From contig JAYZAL010000088.1 in the NCBI GenBank assembly GCA_036339735.1, forward strand, positions 109,676-173,675: a stretch of DNA of 64,000 nucleotides, written 5' to 3'. The stretch comes from Candidatus Poribacteria bacterium (GTDB lineage: Bacteria; Poribacteria; WGA-4E; UBA9662). Below, one piece after another: positions 52,135-61,805 of this stretch. The position numbers and the translations under genes are program-made. Positions within the stretch are counted from its first letter, which is position 1. Every line of letters begins with the position of its first letter. Below the pieces are notes generated by a model that was given only the letters and a program-made list of their open reading frames with translations, searched no databases and was not told where the DNA came from.

Positions 52135-53436
52135 CTAGTCGAGAGACATCAGATTGGAGATTGCATCTTTGACGACACTTTCAACTTCTGGTTTGAAGGG
52201 ACAACTTTGCTTCCACCGTTTGTATGCGCGAACTTCGTACCCTCCTTCAGCTAAGGCTTTTGTTGTTGGAACATAGGTTTGACATCCTTGCGTGTATCCA
52301 AATGCCAAGGTTCTTTCTGGGCTTCTTTGCAACTGAGCATAAATACCGTATTCCAAGAAAAATTCACCGGAAAAACCGACCAAATTCAACTCTCCCAATC
52401 TTAGCCTAGAAAATGTGTAAGCCTGGTGGGTTGGTATGCGATCTTCTATTTTTTCTAACCGAACCTTTTGAACCCACTGCCTTTTAGCAATATTAACCCC
52501 ATTCTGCCATGGCCTAGTTGAAACATTTGCGCTTTGGGATGCAATAGATTGAGATGCTATTTTACTTAATTCCTCTATTGATAATGGTTGATCCAGCGGC
52601 AATTGAGGTCTGCTACGCCAGGCTTGGATAACTTCAGTAGGTACATGATGAGAATCCTTTAACCCTTCCTCCACAGCATTAGCTAGTTCATAACCAGACG
52701 AAATTACATCCGATTCAGTACCTGGACGAAAACGATCTCCTGAACCAAAGTACGGCCTAACATTGCCAAATACTCCAGGTAAAAATAAAGCTATAGCAGG
52801 GTCATGCTTCTCCTCTAAAGTATTCTGTGCCCATCCTGGATAATCACCAGAGATCTTAGGTCCTAGCAAAATAGTCGGATGGCAACAGTAACTGAACAGA
52901 ATACCGACTATCTTGTTATTAACATCACGGCAACTGATTACTGGAACACTCTTATCCACAACTCCATCCATATTGGGAGCCATGTGGCAATTGCCACTAG
53001 CATCTATCAATCGTCGATTGACATTGAAGTCACAACTGGACTGGCCAAAATGGATTGTAACTGATTTCAATTCCAACATTAAGTTTGTAATTAAACAAAC
53101 AATACGATCTTTTATCCCCGTAAAGTATGGACTAAATCCATCATAAAGATCAATTGGACACAAAATCGGCGCCGAGTGACTATGGCTACTCAATATCCAT
53201 ATTTTTTCAGCATCAATAATAACTTCACTAGAAATAGCAGTCTCTAAGTCTGCTATTTCTGCCACCCCAATACCGAGAACGTCAAGTGCCACCATAATAA
53301 TTGGGGACGAATTCGCTTCTAGAATAGCTACTCTAGCGTATATTTCATCTAATGTACCTTCTGGATCAAAAAACAAATCAGGAAAAGTATCATTGATCGG
53401 TGGAGTTATTGAAACTTTTCCAAAGGCAGCCTTCAT
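52135..53436 (-). CDS. Neutral/alkaline ceramidase N-terminal-like amidohydrolase
   Basis: 'SSHSHSAP', 'FNVNRR', 'YCCHPT', 'ISGDYPG', 'GEFF', 'YVPT....EGGYE'. Confidence 0.8.
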   Translation of the reverse strand: MKAAFGKVSITPPINDTFPDLFFDPEGTLDEIYARVAILEANSSPIIMVALDVLGIGVAEIADLETAISSEVIIDAEKIWILSSHSHSAPILCPIDLYDGFSPYFTGIKDRIVCLITNLMLELKSVTIHFGQSSCDFNVNRRLIDASGNCHMAPNMDGVVDKSVPVISCRDVNNKIVGILFSYCCHPTILLGPKISGDYPGWAQNTLEEKHDPAIALFLPGVFGNVRPYFGSGDRFRPGTESDVISSGYELANAVEEGLKDSHHVPTEVIQAWRSRPQLPLDQPLSIEELSKIASQSIASQSANVSTRPWQNGVNIAKRQWVQKVRLEKIEDRIPTHQAYTFSRLRLGELNLVGFSGEFFLEYGIYAQLQRSPERTLAFGYTQGCQTYVPTTKALAEGGYEVRAYKRWKQSCPFKPEVESVVKDAISNLMSLD

Positions 53437-53695
53437 CTTCTTCCCTCAACATGATTATGGGTGCAAACGGTTTATATCAAAAATTAGTCTCTATTACAAA
53501 TGGTCTTATAGAACCAATGGTGGTTTCCAATTGGGATTCTATAAGAATGTCGGTATTTAATTATTATCTTTTTAAGGTAAGTTACTGTTTATGATATATT
53601 GTTAACATAATTTTCAATTTCTACAGTTATTCAGATTAACAGATCTTATGTGCCCTAGAATATCAAGATCAGCCTTAATATAAAAGTGAATTAAT

Positions 53696-54370
53696 ATGAA
53701 GATGTCAACAAAGGAATTTAAATTTCATGCTGCCACAGATAAGGAAGAAGTCACCGCCATATATGATAAGCCTGAGTTAGCTACATCAGTATTGGTTCTC
53801 GGTCATGGGGCTGGGTCCAATATCAAACATCAATTGATGTCAGAACTGAGCAACGCACTAAACCACAAGTCAATAGCAACCATGCGTTTTAATTACCCGT
53901 ATTCTGAAAAGGGTAAAGGCGGGATGGATGGAGAAAAAGTAAGATTGTCTACAGTCAGGTCTGCTCTTAATGTCGCATCTAAAGAAAATGAAAATTTACC
54001 ACTCTTCGCAGGTGGTCATTCCATGAGCGGGAGAATGTTTTCCATAGCACAATCTCGCACCCCTGAAAAAAAATTGTCAGGAATAATTTTTTACGCTTTT
54101 CCTCTTCACAATAACAAACTAAATGTAGAACGTGCAGACCACCTGAGGCAGATCAATATTCCCATGTTATTTTTGTCTGGTCAGAGAGACAGAATGGCTA
54201 GTCTTGACTTATTAGTGCCTGTAGTCGATAAACTAGAAACAAGCACACTCCACGTTGTCGACACTGCTGACCATGGATTTAAAGTTTTGAAAAGGAGAAA
54301 AATAAAAGAAGACGTAATGTCAGAATTAGCCCGAGTTACTGCTGAATGGATTGCAAAAATCATAGGATAA
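53696..54370 (+). CDS. Alpha/beta hydrolase
   Basis: 'LGHGAG', nucleophile elbow 'GGHSMSGR', 'FPLH', 'SGQRD', 'ADHGF'. Confidence 0.88.
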   Translation: MKMSTKEFKFHAATDKEEVTAIYDKPELATSVLVLGHGAGSNIKHQLMSELSNALNHKSIATMRFNYPYSEKGKGGMDGEKVRLSTVRSALNVASKENENLPLFAGGHSMSGRMFSIAQSRTPEKKLSGIIFYAFPLHNNKLNVERADHLRQINIPMLFLSGQRDRMASLDLLVPVVDKLETSTLHVVDTADHGFKVLKRRKIKEDVMSELARVTAEWIAKIIG

Positions 54371-54609
54371 AGGAAACAATTATCACACCATTTATCAAGT
54401 AGGATATCGGTTTATCAAACCACAAATTGTAACAATAGTTGATAAAAATTACGATTACAGTTTGTATTCATAAAAAGTTGAATTATTGTGCGTACTGGAG
54501 AATTGAAAATTTCTTTTGAAAGAAAAAAGAATTACATTTAATGAAAGTTGAGGTTAGATTAGGCAAATCAGTGGATAACAAAACTGTAATTGATTAATAA
54601 TCATCATTT

Positions 54610-54990
54610 ATGAAGAAAATTTACAAATCATTCGTTTCGTCCGACGGCCTGGAAATTTTAGTGGGAAATCGAGCAGAAAGTAACGATTATCTCACCTTTA
54701 ATCTATCCTTACCACAAGATTTTTGGTTACATGTAGCCGATAATTCTGGATCTCATGTGATTGTACGAAATCAAGAAAAGTTGGATAGGTTACCCAAAAA
54801 GACACTACAAGAAGCAGCTTCTATCGCAGCTTATTACAGTAAAAGTCGGAATGGAGGACAAGTCGCTGTCCACTACACTCAAAGAAAGAATCTGCGCAAA
54901 AAAAAAGGATCTAAATCTGGTAGTGTAATTTTAAAGGCACATAAGACAATCAAAGTAAAACCGAGATCTGATTTGGCTTTCGATGGTTAG
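54610..54990 (+). CDS. Stand-alone NFACT RNA-binding domain (DUF814) protein
   Basis: 'SSDG.EILVG.....ND.LT', 'DFWLH....GSHVIV', 'AA.IAAYYSK', 'V.YT..KNLRK'. Confidence 0.88.
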   Translation: MKKIYKSFVSSDGLEILVGNRAESNDYLTFNLSLPQDFWLHVADNSGSHVIVRNQEKLDRLPKKTLQEAASIAAYYSKSRNGGQVAVHYTQRKNLRKKKGSKSGSVILKAHKTIKVKPRSDLAFDG

Positions 54991-55096
54991 TTTCTTTCTT
55001 CTTGCACTCAAAAATGGAAAAATTACTAAGCAAGTTCTATTTTTTTTACCCTTAATTCGGTCAGTACTCATTCTATCTAGTAGGATTACCACTGAT

Positions 55097-55125
55097 TTGA
55101 CAAAAGGAAAATAGAGTCGTAGAAT
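55097..55125 (+). promoter_or_regulatory. sigma70-type promoter of the LamG gene
   Basis: TTGACA (55097-55102)-N17-TAGAAT (55120-55125). Confidence 0.6.
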
Positions 55126-55158
55126 CTACCTTCCGTGCATTTATACCTCAGGTAGGAA

Positions 55159-55953
55159 GTGGCAAGGCTAATGAAAAAACAAATCTTCTTTTTTCTTGTT
55201 TTCACAATATCTTCTAGTTATCTAGCACATACACAGGTTAAATCAGAATCTGTGGTTGCGGCTTGGTTGTTTGATAAAGGTCAAGGAAATAAAGCCATAG
55301 ATGCAACAAAGAATGGGCATAACGGTAAAATTGAAGGTGGAGCCAAGTGGGTAAATGGAAAATTTGGTAAAGGATTAGAATTTGATGGGACCGATGACTG
55401 GGTGTCAGTTGACCATTCAGCCAAACTAGGATTCGCACCAGGTAAGTCATTCACTATTACTCTACATTACAAGGGAAGTAAGGTAGGGGGATCCTTAGTG
55501 GGTAAGAATTACGAAGACAAAAGCCAAGCTTTACCATGGTATCTTTTATGGGATGACGGTAGTCGTAATAAGATAACACTGTTTCTAAGAGATAAGTCTA
55601 GTACAAGTTTTCGTGCTGATGGTGCCACAGTAGTCGCGGACGATAAGTGGCACTTTATTGCTGGGGTGGCAGATTCTGCTAAGGGACTTGCTTCTATATG
55701 GGTAGATGGTAAAAAAGAGGGAGAGATCAAATTCAACACGAAAAGTGGATATGGTACTAGTGAAGGTCTAGTAGCTATCGGGCGACACTACGACCGCTAT
55801 ACTAAGGGTATCATTGACGATGTTGCTTTATTCAATGTTGCACTAACCGAGAAAGATTTGAAGGAAATAATGAATAAGGGGTTACAAACAGCGCTGTCAG
55901 TTTCCAATAACCAAAAACTCGCACTTACCTGGAGTACAATCAAACAACATTAG
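55159..55953 (+). CDS. Secreted LamG/concanavalin A-like domain protein with C-terminal KLxxxW tail; start may be 55171
   Basis: 'AAWLFD', 'KWVNGKFGKGLEFDG', 'WHFIAG', 'GIIDDVALFNVAL'; tail SVSNNQKLALTWSTIKQH. Confidence 0.88.
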   Translation: MARLMKKQIFFFLVFTISSSYLAHTQVKSESVVAAWLFDKGQGNKAIDATKNGHNGKIEGGAKWVNGKFGKGLEFDGTDDWVSVDHSAKLGFAPGKSFTITLHYKGSKVGGSLVGKNYEDKSQALPWYLLWDDGSRNKITLFLRDKSSTSFRADGATVVADDKWHFIAGVADSAKGLASIWVDGKKEGEIKFNTKSGYGTSEGLVAIGRHYDRYTKGIIDDVALFNVALTEKDLKEIMNKGLQTALSVSNNQKLALTWSTIKQH

Positions 55954-56099
55954 ATCTGGTGACAGTTAAGAATAAGATAAAATTTTATTTTTATTTGTGT
56001 TTCTGAAAAACGTAACCGGTGAATTCCATACAAGTGGTATTGGATAATTAAATGAATTCTCTCTTGCTCTGAGGATAAGATAAATAAAAAAATTGATAC

Positions 56100-56813
56100 A
56101 TGAGTAAATTGCTCATGTGTCTTATTGCGATGTTCATGGTAACAAATACACCAAAAGAATACATGGTTCACCCTTTGTCTAGAGATATCGATATCGATGC
56201 TAAATGGGATAAATCAATCTGGTCACAGGCCCCATCATGTAATTTAGAATATTTCATGGGGCATCGGCCGAACCATATTCCAAATGTGGAATTTAAGTTA
56301 CTTTATGACCTAGAGTCAATATACATCATTTTCAAGGTTGTCGATCGGTATGTCAAAGCCTTGTCCGAAGGATATCAATCATCAGTTTGTCAGGATAGTT
56401 GTGTGGAATTTTTTTTTACTCCGCAACAGGATGTAGGTAGCGGTTATTTTAATCTTGAAACTAATTGTGGTGGAACAATACTTATGTATCATCAGGTTGC
56501 CAGAAATTACTGTTCCATAGAGTTAAGCGACGATGATTTAGATCAGATTCAGATTGCCAGTTCCTTACCAAAGCTGATTACCGAAGAAATTACACAACCG
56601 ATCACTTGGACTTTGGAATATAAGCTTCCATTCTCAATCTTAGCTAAATATACTGAAGTTATAAAACCAGCCCGTGGTGTAGAATGGAAGGCTAATTTTT
56701 ATAAATGTGCTGATCAGAGCTCGCACCCGCACTGGCTAACTTGGTCAATTGTTGACTTGCCTAGGCCAGATTTTCATCGGCCAGAATTTTTCGGGACTCT
56801 GACCTTTTGCTAA
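56100..56813 (+). CDS. Carbohydrate-binding family 9-like protein
   Basis: 'VCQDSCVEFFF', 'YFNLE.N..G', 'W..ANFYKCAD...PHWLTW', 'PDFHRPEFFG'. Confidence 0.85.
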   Translation: MSKLLMCLIAMFMVTNTPKEYMVHPLSRDIDIDAKWDKSIWSQAPSCNLEYFMGHRPNHIPNVEFKLLYDLESIYIIFKVVDRYVKALSEGYQSSVCQDSCVEFFFTPQQDVGSGYFNLETNCGGTILMYHQVARNYCSIELSDDDLDQIQIASSLPKLITEEITQPITWTLEYKLPFSILAKYTEVIKPARGVEWKANFYKCADQSSHPHWLTWSIVDLPRPDFHRPEFFGTLTFC

Positions 56814-56901
56814 TTCTTGAATTTCATATAAAGAGCGAGCCACCAACCTCGTAGCGTTCCTGTTCTGGAAAGCTTGATAATCACCAAACAATACTAACAT
56901 C

Positions 56902-57717
56902 GTGACCCCACAGGATTTTTTCGAAAATAACGGTTATTGGATTGAATCTGAGCCGCTATTTTCTAGTCAAGATTTGGCCGAATACCGACAGTCGATGACT
57001 GATATTATGAATCACAAGTATGAGTCAGGTCGGGAGCCAATGGCAGGACGTAACTGGCCTGAGCGCCAAGATCTACAGGGAATGGTTCAGATCAATAATG
57101 CTTGGTGGGCTGGAGGGGCGATCAGGCGTTTGTCTTTAAATAGACGAATCGGTAAGATAGCAACTCAGTTACTACAAGTCAATGGTGTGTGTATGTGGCA
57201 TGACCAGTTACTTTATAAACCACCGGCAAAATCAAAGACTTTGTCGGGAAATATTGGTTGGCATCAGGATTGGAATTACTGGCAGGTTTGCGATCATGCC
57301 GATCTCATCACGGCTTGGGTGGCTTTAAATGATGTTAATATCCAAAACGGAGCTATGATGATTATTCCAGGAAGCCATCGATGGGGTCAAGCTATGGAAG
57401 CATCTGAACGAACTTTAGAAATGGATAAAACAGCAAGTAAGGTCAAAATCCCAAGGGGAGAAAAATGGGAAATTGTACATTGCGAACTTCGGGCAGGTGC
57501 TGTTAGCTTTCATCATGCAAAAACCATTCACGGCTCTGGTCCTAATCATTCAGATCAACCTCGATTGGGATTAGCGATTCATATGATAGCCGATCACGTC
57601 AGATATACCAGTCAAGGAATATATTCACATAGCAATCTAAAGGTGTGTCCACGAAAAGAAGGGGATCTTTTTCGTGGACACCAACACCCAGTAATATGGG
57701 GAAATGAAACAGAGTAA
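56902..57717 (+). CDS. PhyH family Fe(II)/2OG oxygenase
   Basis: 'HDQLLYKPP', 'GWHQD', 'TAWVAL.D....NGAM..IPGSH', 'TIHGSGPN'. Confidence 0.9.
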   Translation: MTPQDFFENNGYWIESEPLFSSQDLAEYRQSMTDIMNHKYESGREPMAGRNWPERQDLQGMVQINNAWWAGGAIRRLSLNRRIGKIATQLLQVNGVCMWHDQLLYKPPAKSKTLSGNIGWHQDWNYWQVCDHADLITAWVALNDVNIQNGAMMIIPGSHRWGQAMEASERTLEMDKTASKVKIPRGEKWEIVHCELRAGAVSFHHAKTIHGSGPNHSDQPRLGLAIHMIADHVRYTSQGIYSHSNLKVCPRKEGDLFRGHQHPVIWGNETE

Positions 57718-57949
57718 CAACTAATCATGTGGTAAGCACGAAAGATTATTTCAGGATTTTGCTTCAAATTTGAATATATTTTCACCACTTTGAATGCTAC
57801 AAAATTAATCGAATATTTTCTTATCTTATTTGATAATAGATATACCATGAAAGGTAATTGATGCCCGTACCCCTTCCCAATTTTTTGTGTCGTAAAAATT
57901 GATTTTTCATGTTTCTATCATAGTGGTTTCGGGACAACTGCGTTATCAG

Positions 57950-58069
57950 TGTCACATACTGTGACAGGGATGGTACAGTGTTTACAAATAACAATTTCTA
58001 TATTCGCTAACCTAGATCTTGTCAACTAACGATAGGTTAGTTGTTATCATTTCTGGCATGTCTGATGCT
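57950..58069 (+). promoter_or_regulatory. Putative sigma54 (-24/-12) promoter with upstream palindrome
   Basis: TGGCATGTCTGATGCT (58054-58069): GG-N10-GC spacing; TGTCACA-tac-TGTGACA at 57950-57966. Confidence 0.5.
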
Positions 58070-58216
58070 CACGTACTATACTGGTGCCTGGTTTAAATTA
58101 AAAATCCGCTTATTACGTAGTTTTTGCCTCAACTGGATATTGGAGCGTTGGTTATGAAAGAAGATAAAACTAAATTGAGTGAATATACACGTGTAGACCG
58201 GAAGTGTAGGCTATCA

Positions 58217-59194
58217 ATGGTACAAAACCGCCTCCTTTGTTTTTGTTTTCATATATTTATTTTAATGTTGTTTGGCGTCAAGACTGAGGCTAATCTAAAA
58301 ATTGCTTATAGTGATTGGCCTGGTTGGGTAGCTTGGGAAATCGGTATACAAAAAGACTGGTTTAAGGAAGCTGGAGTCGATGTTGAGTTCCAATGGTTAG
58401 AATATACTTCCTCAATGATTGCTTTCTCTGCAGGACAAGTCGACGCTTGTTGTATGACTAATGTTGATGCTCTAGTAACTGGAGCCACAGGAAAAAAAGG
58501 CATTGGTATTATAATAAATGATTATAGTAATGGTAATGATATGGTGGTTGCGAGACCCAAAATTAAAATGATTCAACAACTAAAAGGACAAAAAATAGGT
58601 TTAGAAACTGGATTTGTTGGTCATCTTTTATTGTTGCAAGCATTAGAGGAAAATGGTCTTACAGAGTCAGATGTGGAACTGGTTAATTATCCAACTGATC
58701 AAACGCCGCAGGCTCTAGAATCAGGGAACGTATCAGCTATAGTTGCTTGGCAACCTAACTCCGGCCAAGCACTCAAAGCAGTACCTGGATCAAAACCAAT
58801 CTTTACCAGTGCAGATGCAAAAGGATTGATTTATGATTTACTGTATGTAAGTAGTGAAAGTTTAGCTAAGAATCGAGACGATTGGTTAGCAGTGTCTAGA
58901 GTCTGGTATAGGATTGTGGATTATATAAAGGACTCGAAAAATGAAGCGGAGATTCTAGAAATTTTGAGTGCTCGGGTTCAAATTAGTCCAGAAGAGTATA
59001 AAAACATTTTAAAAGGGACCCATATCTTAACCCTTGATGAAGCAAAAAAAACATTTGAAAAAGCGAAAGGTTTCTCGTCAGTCTACGGTTCAAGTCAGAT
59101 AGGAGATAAATTCAATGTTAAGTATGGAGTATATCCTAAGCCTGAATTCGGCGACAAATATCTGGACCCATCTTTGACGAATTCTTTACCTTGA
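58217..59194 (+). CDS. NitT/TauT-family ABC transporter substrate-binding protein (ORF track start 58124)
   Basis: Signal peptide after ATG 58217; 'IAYSDWPGW', 'INDYSNGND', 'LKGQKIG', 'AIVAWQP'. Confidence 0.88.
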   Translation: MVQNRLLCFCFHIFILMLFGVKTEANLKIAYSDWPGWVAWEIGIQKDWFKEAGVDVEFQWLEYTSSMIAFSAGQVDACCMTNVDALVTGATGKKGIGIIINDYSNGNDMVVARPKIKMIQQLKGQKIGLETGFVGHLLLLQALEENGLTESDVELVNYPTDQTPQALESGNVSAIVAWQPNSGQALKAVPGSKPIFTSADAKGLIYDLLYVSSESLAKNRDDWLAVSRVWYRIVDYIKDSKNEAEILEILSARVQISPEEYKNILKGTHILTLDEAKKTFEKAKGFSSVYGSSQIGDKFNVKYGVYPKPEFGDKYLDPSLTNSLP

Positions 59195-59207
59195 ATCAAC
59201 CTTATAC

Positions 59208-60170
59208 TTGTGGATGCGAATTCAGGACTACTTTTTGATCGGAGTTCCAATTTCAGAAAAAGCTAATTTTTGGCTGACTGTAATTGCGTTTATGTTACCT
59301 TTGACGCTCTGGTCGGCACTTAGTTATCTACCTTTTCTCTGGCATCCTCAAGTCTTAATTGAACAGCCTGGTGATACCTATTTCAGAGAAAACGACCGCG
59401 TTGACAAAGAAAACTTTCAAGAAGAAAACCTACGAGTTGCTCTGGACGGTGGACGGCAAGCCAGTGGTATTCGTGTGAATCCAATCTATCTTCCAGCCCC
59501 ACATCAAGTGGTAAAAGCGATGTATATCTCTTTCAAAACACCTCCGAGAAGGAAAGGTGAGAAGTGGCTATATCAAAATGTATGGGACAGTATTGAAGTC
59601 ATCTCTTTAGGGTTTTTATTATCTTCGCTTATTGGCATACCACTTGGCATTTTATGTGGATCTTTTCCTGTTCTTTCTCGTTTGAACGAGCCATTCGTTG
59701 ACTTTGTTCGTTACATGCCAGCGCCAGCCTTTGGTCCCCTAGCTGTTGCTATACTCGGCATTAACGACGCTCCTAAAATCACAATTATTTTCATCGGTAC
59801 ATTTTTCCAACAGGTGCTAGTTATTGCAAACACAACACGTCAGTTTGATCATACGTTAATAGAAACAGCACAAACTCTAGGGGCGAATCGGTTTGCACTT
59901 CTAACCAACGTCATAGTACCTGGTACTTTACCAGACCTTTATCGGGACATGCGTATATTGCTCGGTTGGGCTTGGACCTACTTAATTGTAGCTGAAATCA
60001 TTGGTGCAAAATCAGGCATTAGCCTTTTTATTACACAACAAGCTAAGTATAGAAACTACGACAATGTTTTTGCCGGAATTATTATCATTGGTCTAATAGG
60101 TTTTTTAGCAGACCAAATATTGAAATTGATTGGTAACCACATATTTATCTGGGAAGAAAAAGAATCATGA
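59208..60170 (+). CDS. NitT/TauT-family ABC transporter permease
   Basis: 'YLPAP..V', 'RYMPAPAF', EAA-loop-like 'LIETAQTLGA', 'GWAWTYLIVAE'. Confidence 0.92.
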   Translation: MWMRIQDYFLIGVPISEKANFWLTVIAFMLPLTLWSALSYLPFLWHPQVLIEQPGDTYFRENDRVDKENFQEENLRVALDGGRQASGIRVNPIYLPAPHQVVKAMYISFKTPPRRKGEKWLYQNVWDSIEVISLGFLLSSLIGIPLGILCGSFPVLSRLNEPFVDFVRYMPAPAFGPLAVAILGINDAPKITIIFIGTFFQQVLVIANTTRQFDHTLIETAQTLGANRFALLTNVIVPGTLPDLYRDMRILLGWAWTYLIVAEIIGAKSGISLFITQQAKYRNYDNVFAGIIIIGLIGFLADQILKLIGNHIFIWEEKES

Positions 60171-61069
60171 CTTCAGATTACATCAAATCAGGCCAGTATA
60201 AGCTGCAATCTGAGACTGTTCGCAAAAGGATTGAAGATGTAAAAAAACGACCCGTTTTATTAAAAGTCGACTCACTGAAAAAAAAATTTCACGATCGGGA
60301 CGGAGAAATAGTGGCTCTAGGTAGCATTTCATTTTCCGTTCATCATAGAGAGTTAATATGTGTAATTGGACCCTCTGGGTGTGGAAAGTCGACTCTCATT
60401 AGAACTATTGCTGGTTTGGAAAAACAAACTTCCGGAAGTATCCTTCTAGATTCTAAACCCATTGACTCGCCTAGTTCAGATCGAGGAATGGTATTTCAGA
60501 ACTATACATTGTTTCCTTGGCTGACTATAAAAAAGAACATCATGTTCGGATTGATAATGTCAAAAACCGATCATGAGGAAGCCAACACTAAGGCAATGGA
60601 CTGGCTGGAATTGGTCGGTCTCAGTGAATTTTCTGATCTTTACCCTCACCAGTTATCTGGAGGAATGAAACAACGTGTAGCTATTGCTAGAGCCCTAGCT
60701 GCACGACCTCGAATTTTGCTAATGGACGAACCATTCGGAGCACTAGATGTGCAAACTAGAGCCCAAATGCAGTCTTATTTGCTTCAAATCTGGAGAAGCA
60801 TTGATATTACTATTATCTTTATCACGCACGATCTCGAAGAAGCAACATACTTAGCAGACCGAATTTTTGTGCTTGGCTCTAGCTCTAACCAACTGCGAGA
60901 GATAGTAGAAATTCCTGTGTCAAGACCAAGAACCCCCGACCAATTCTTATCAACCGAATTTTTGTCTACAAAAAAGTACTTAGAAGACCTGATAAACCCT
61001 GAAAAAAGATCAACAGCTGAAAAAATATCGATTGAAAAAATGGAATCGTTGAAAAATCGAGTCCTCTAG
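60167..61069 (+). CDS. NitT/TauT-family ABC transporter ATP-binding protein
   Basis: Walker A 'GPSGCGKS', signature 'LSGGMKQR', 'LLMDEPFGALD', 'ITHD'; ATGA overlap with the permease. Confidence 0.95.
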   Translation: MTSDYIKSGQYKLQSETVRKRIEDVKKRPVLLKVDSLKKKFHDRDGEIVALGSISFSVHHRELICVIGPSGCGKSTLIRTIAGLEKQTSGSILLDSKPIDSPSSDRGMVFQNYTLFPWLTIKKNIMFGLIMSKTDHEEANTKAMDWLELVGLSEFSDLYPHQLSGGMKQRVAIARALAARPRILLMDEPFGALDVQTRAQMQSYLLQIWRSIDITIIFITHDLEEATYLADRIFVLGSSSNQLREIVEIPVSRPRTPDQFLSTEFLSTKKYLEDLINPEKRSTAEKISIEKMESLKNRVL

Positions 61070-61805
61070 AAGATTAAACATTGGCAATTTTTTTACAATT
61101 TAATTTTAATGTGCAACCTCCATGAACACTCCCAATATTAACAGAAACAACCTCACAGAAACTCCTTCTTCTTATCAAAATAGTTGAATTAGTCAACAAT
61201 CCCTCTTCTCCTCTCAGACTGGTTTTAACAATCATGATCTCGATTACCAAAAACTCAAACTCATAACCCTTCAACTCTGGCAAAATCAACTCCAAAAACT
61301 TGGCAACTTTCGTCTCTCAGCCCTACCAATTAAGCCCCCATGTTACCCCCATTCAAGCCCTTCAGCTACTTCAAGAATGCATCCAAAACTGGTGATAATG
61401 GCCGCTCTGTTGATCGTCCGGGTTGGTTCCTTCTCTCTATCTCTGACATCTTCTTCAAGTGGGCTTTGGCCAATACCTTCGATTTTCTGCGCCTCTATTG
61501 GCATCAGCATCAAGCTGCCGCTTCTCATCCTTTCTCTCTCAAATCCATTAGTCGCAACCCTAATCGCGATCTGGCAAACTCCGCTCTTCTCACTTTTAGT
61601 CTTTCATCCGTTCTGGTCGTTAGGCTGTTAAATTAAAAACCAGCAGAAAACCCTATAAATGTCCTCCCATTATCATGAGCATTCTTTTGGTGAATGGAAA
61701 CCAGCGGTCGTCATTATGTTACCAGTTAGATTTTTATCTTCCTTTTCCTTTTCTTTTTGATAAAATGATGCCAAGGTTTAGTTTAATCTTGGAGGGTATG
61801 ATGTT

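Noticed and set aside
57720-58216. Guanidine-I (ykkC) riboswitch upstream of the ABC transporter
   Set aside because: The characteristic CTAGGGTTCCG and GGGACAAAAGCCCGG elements are absent; only an isolated GGGACAA was seen.
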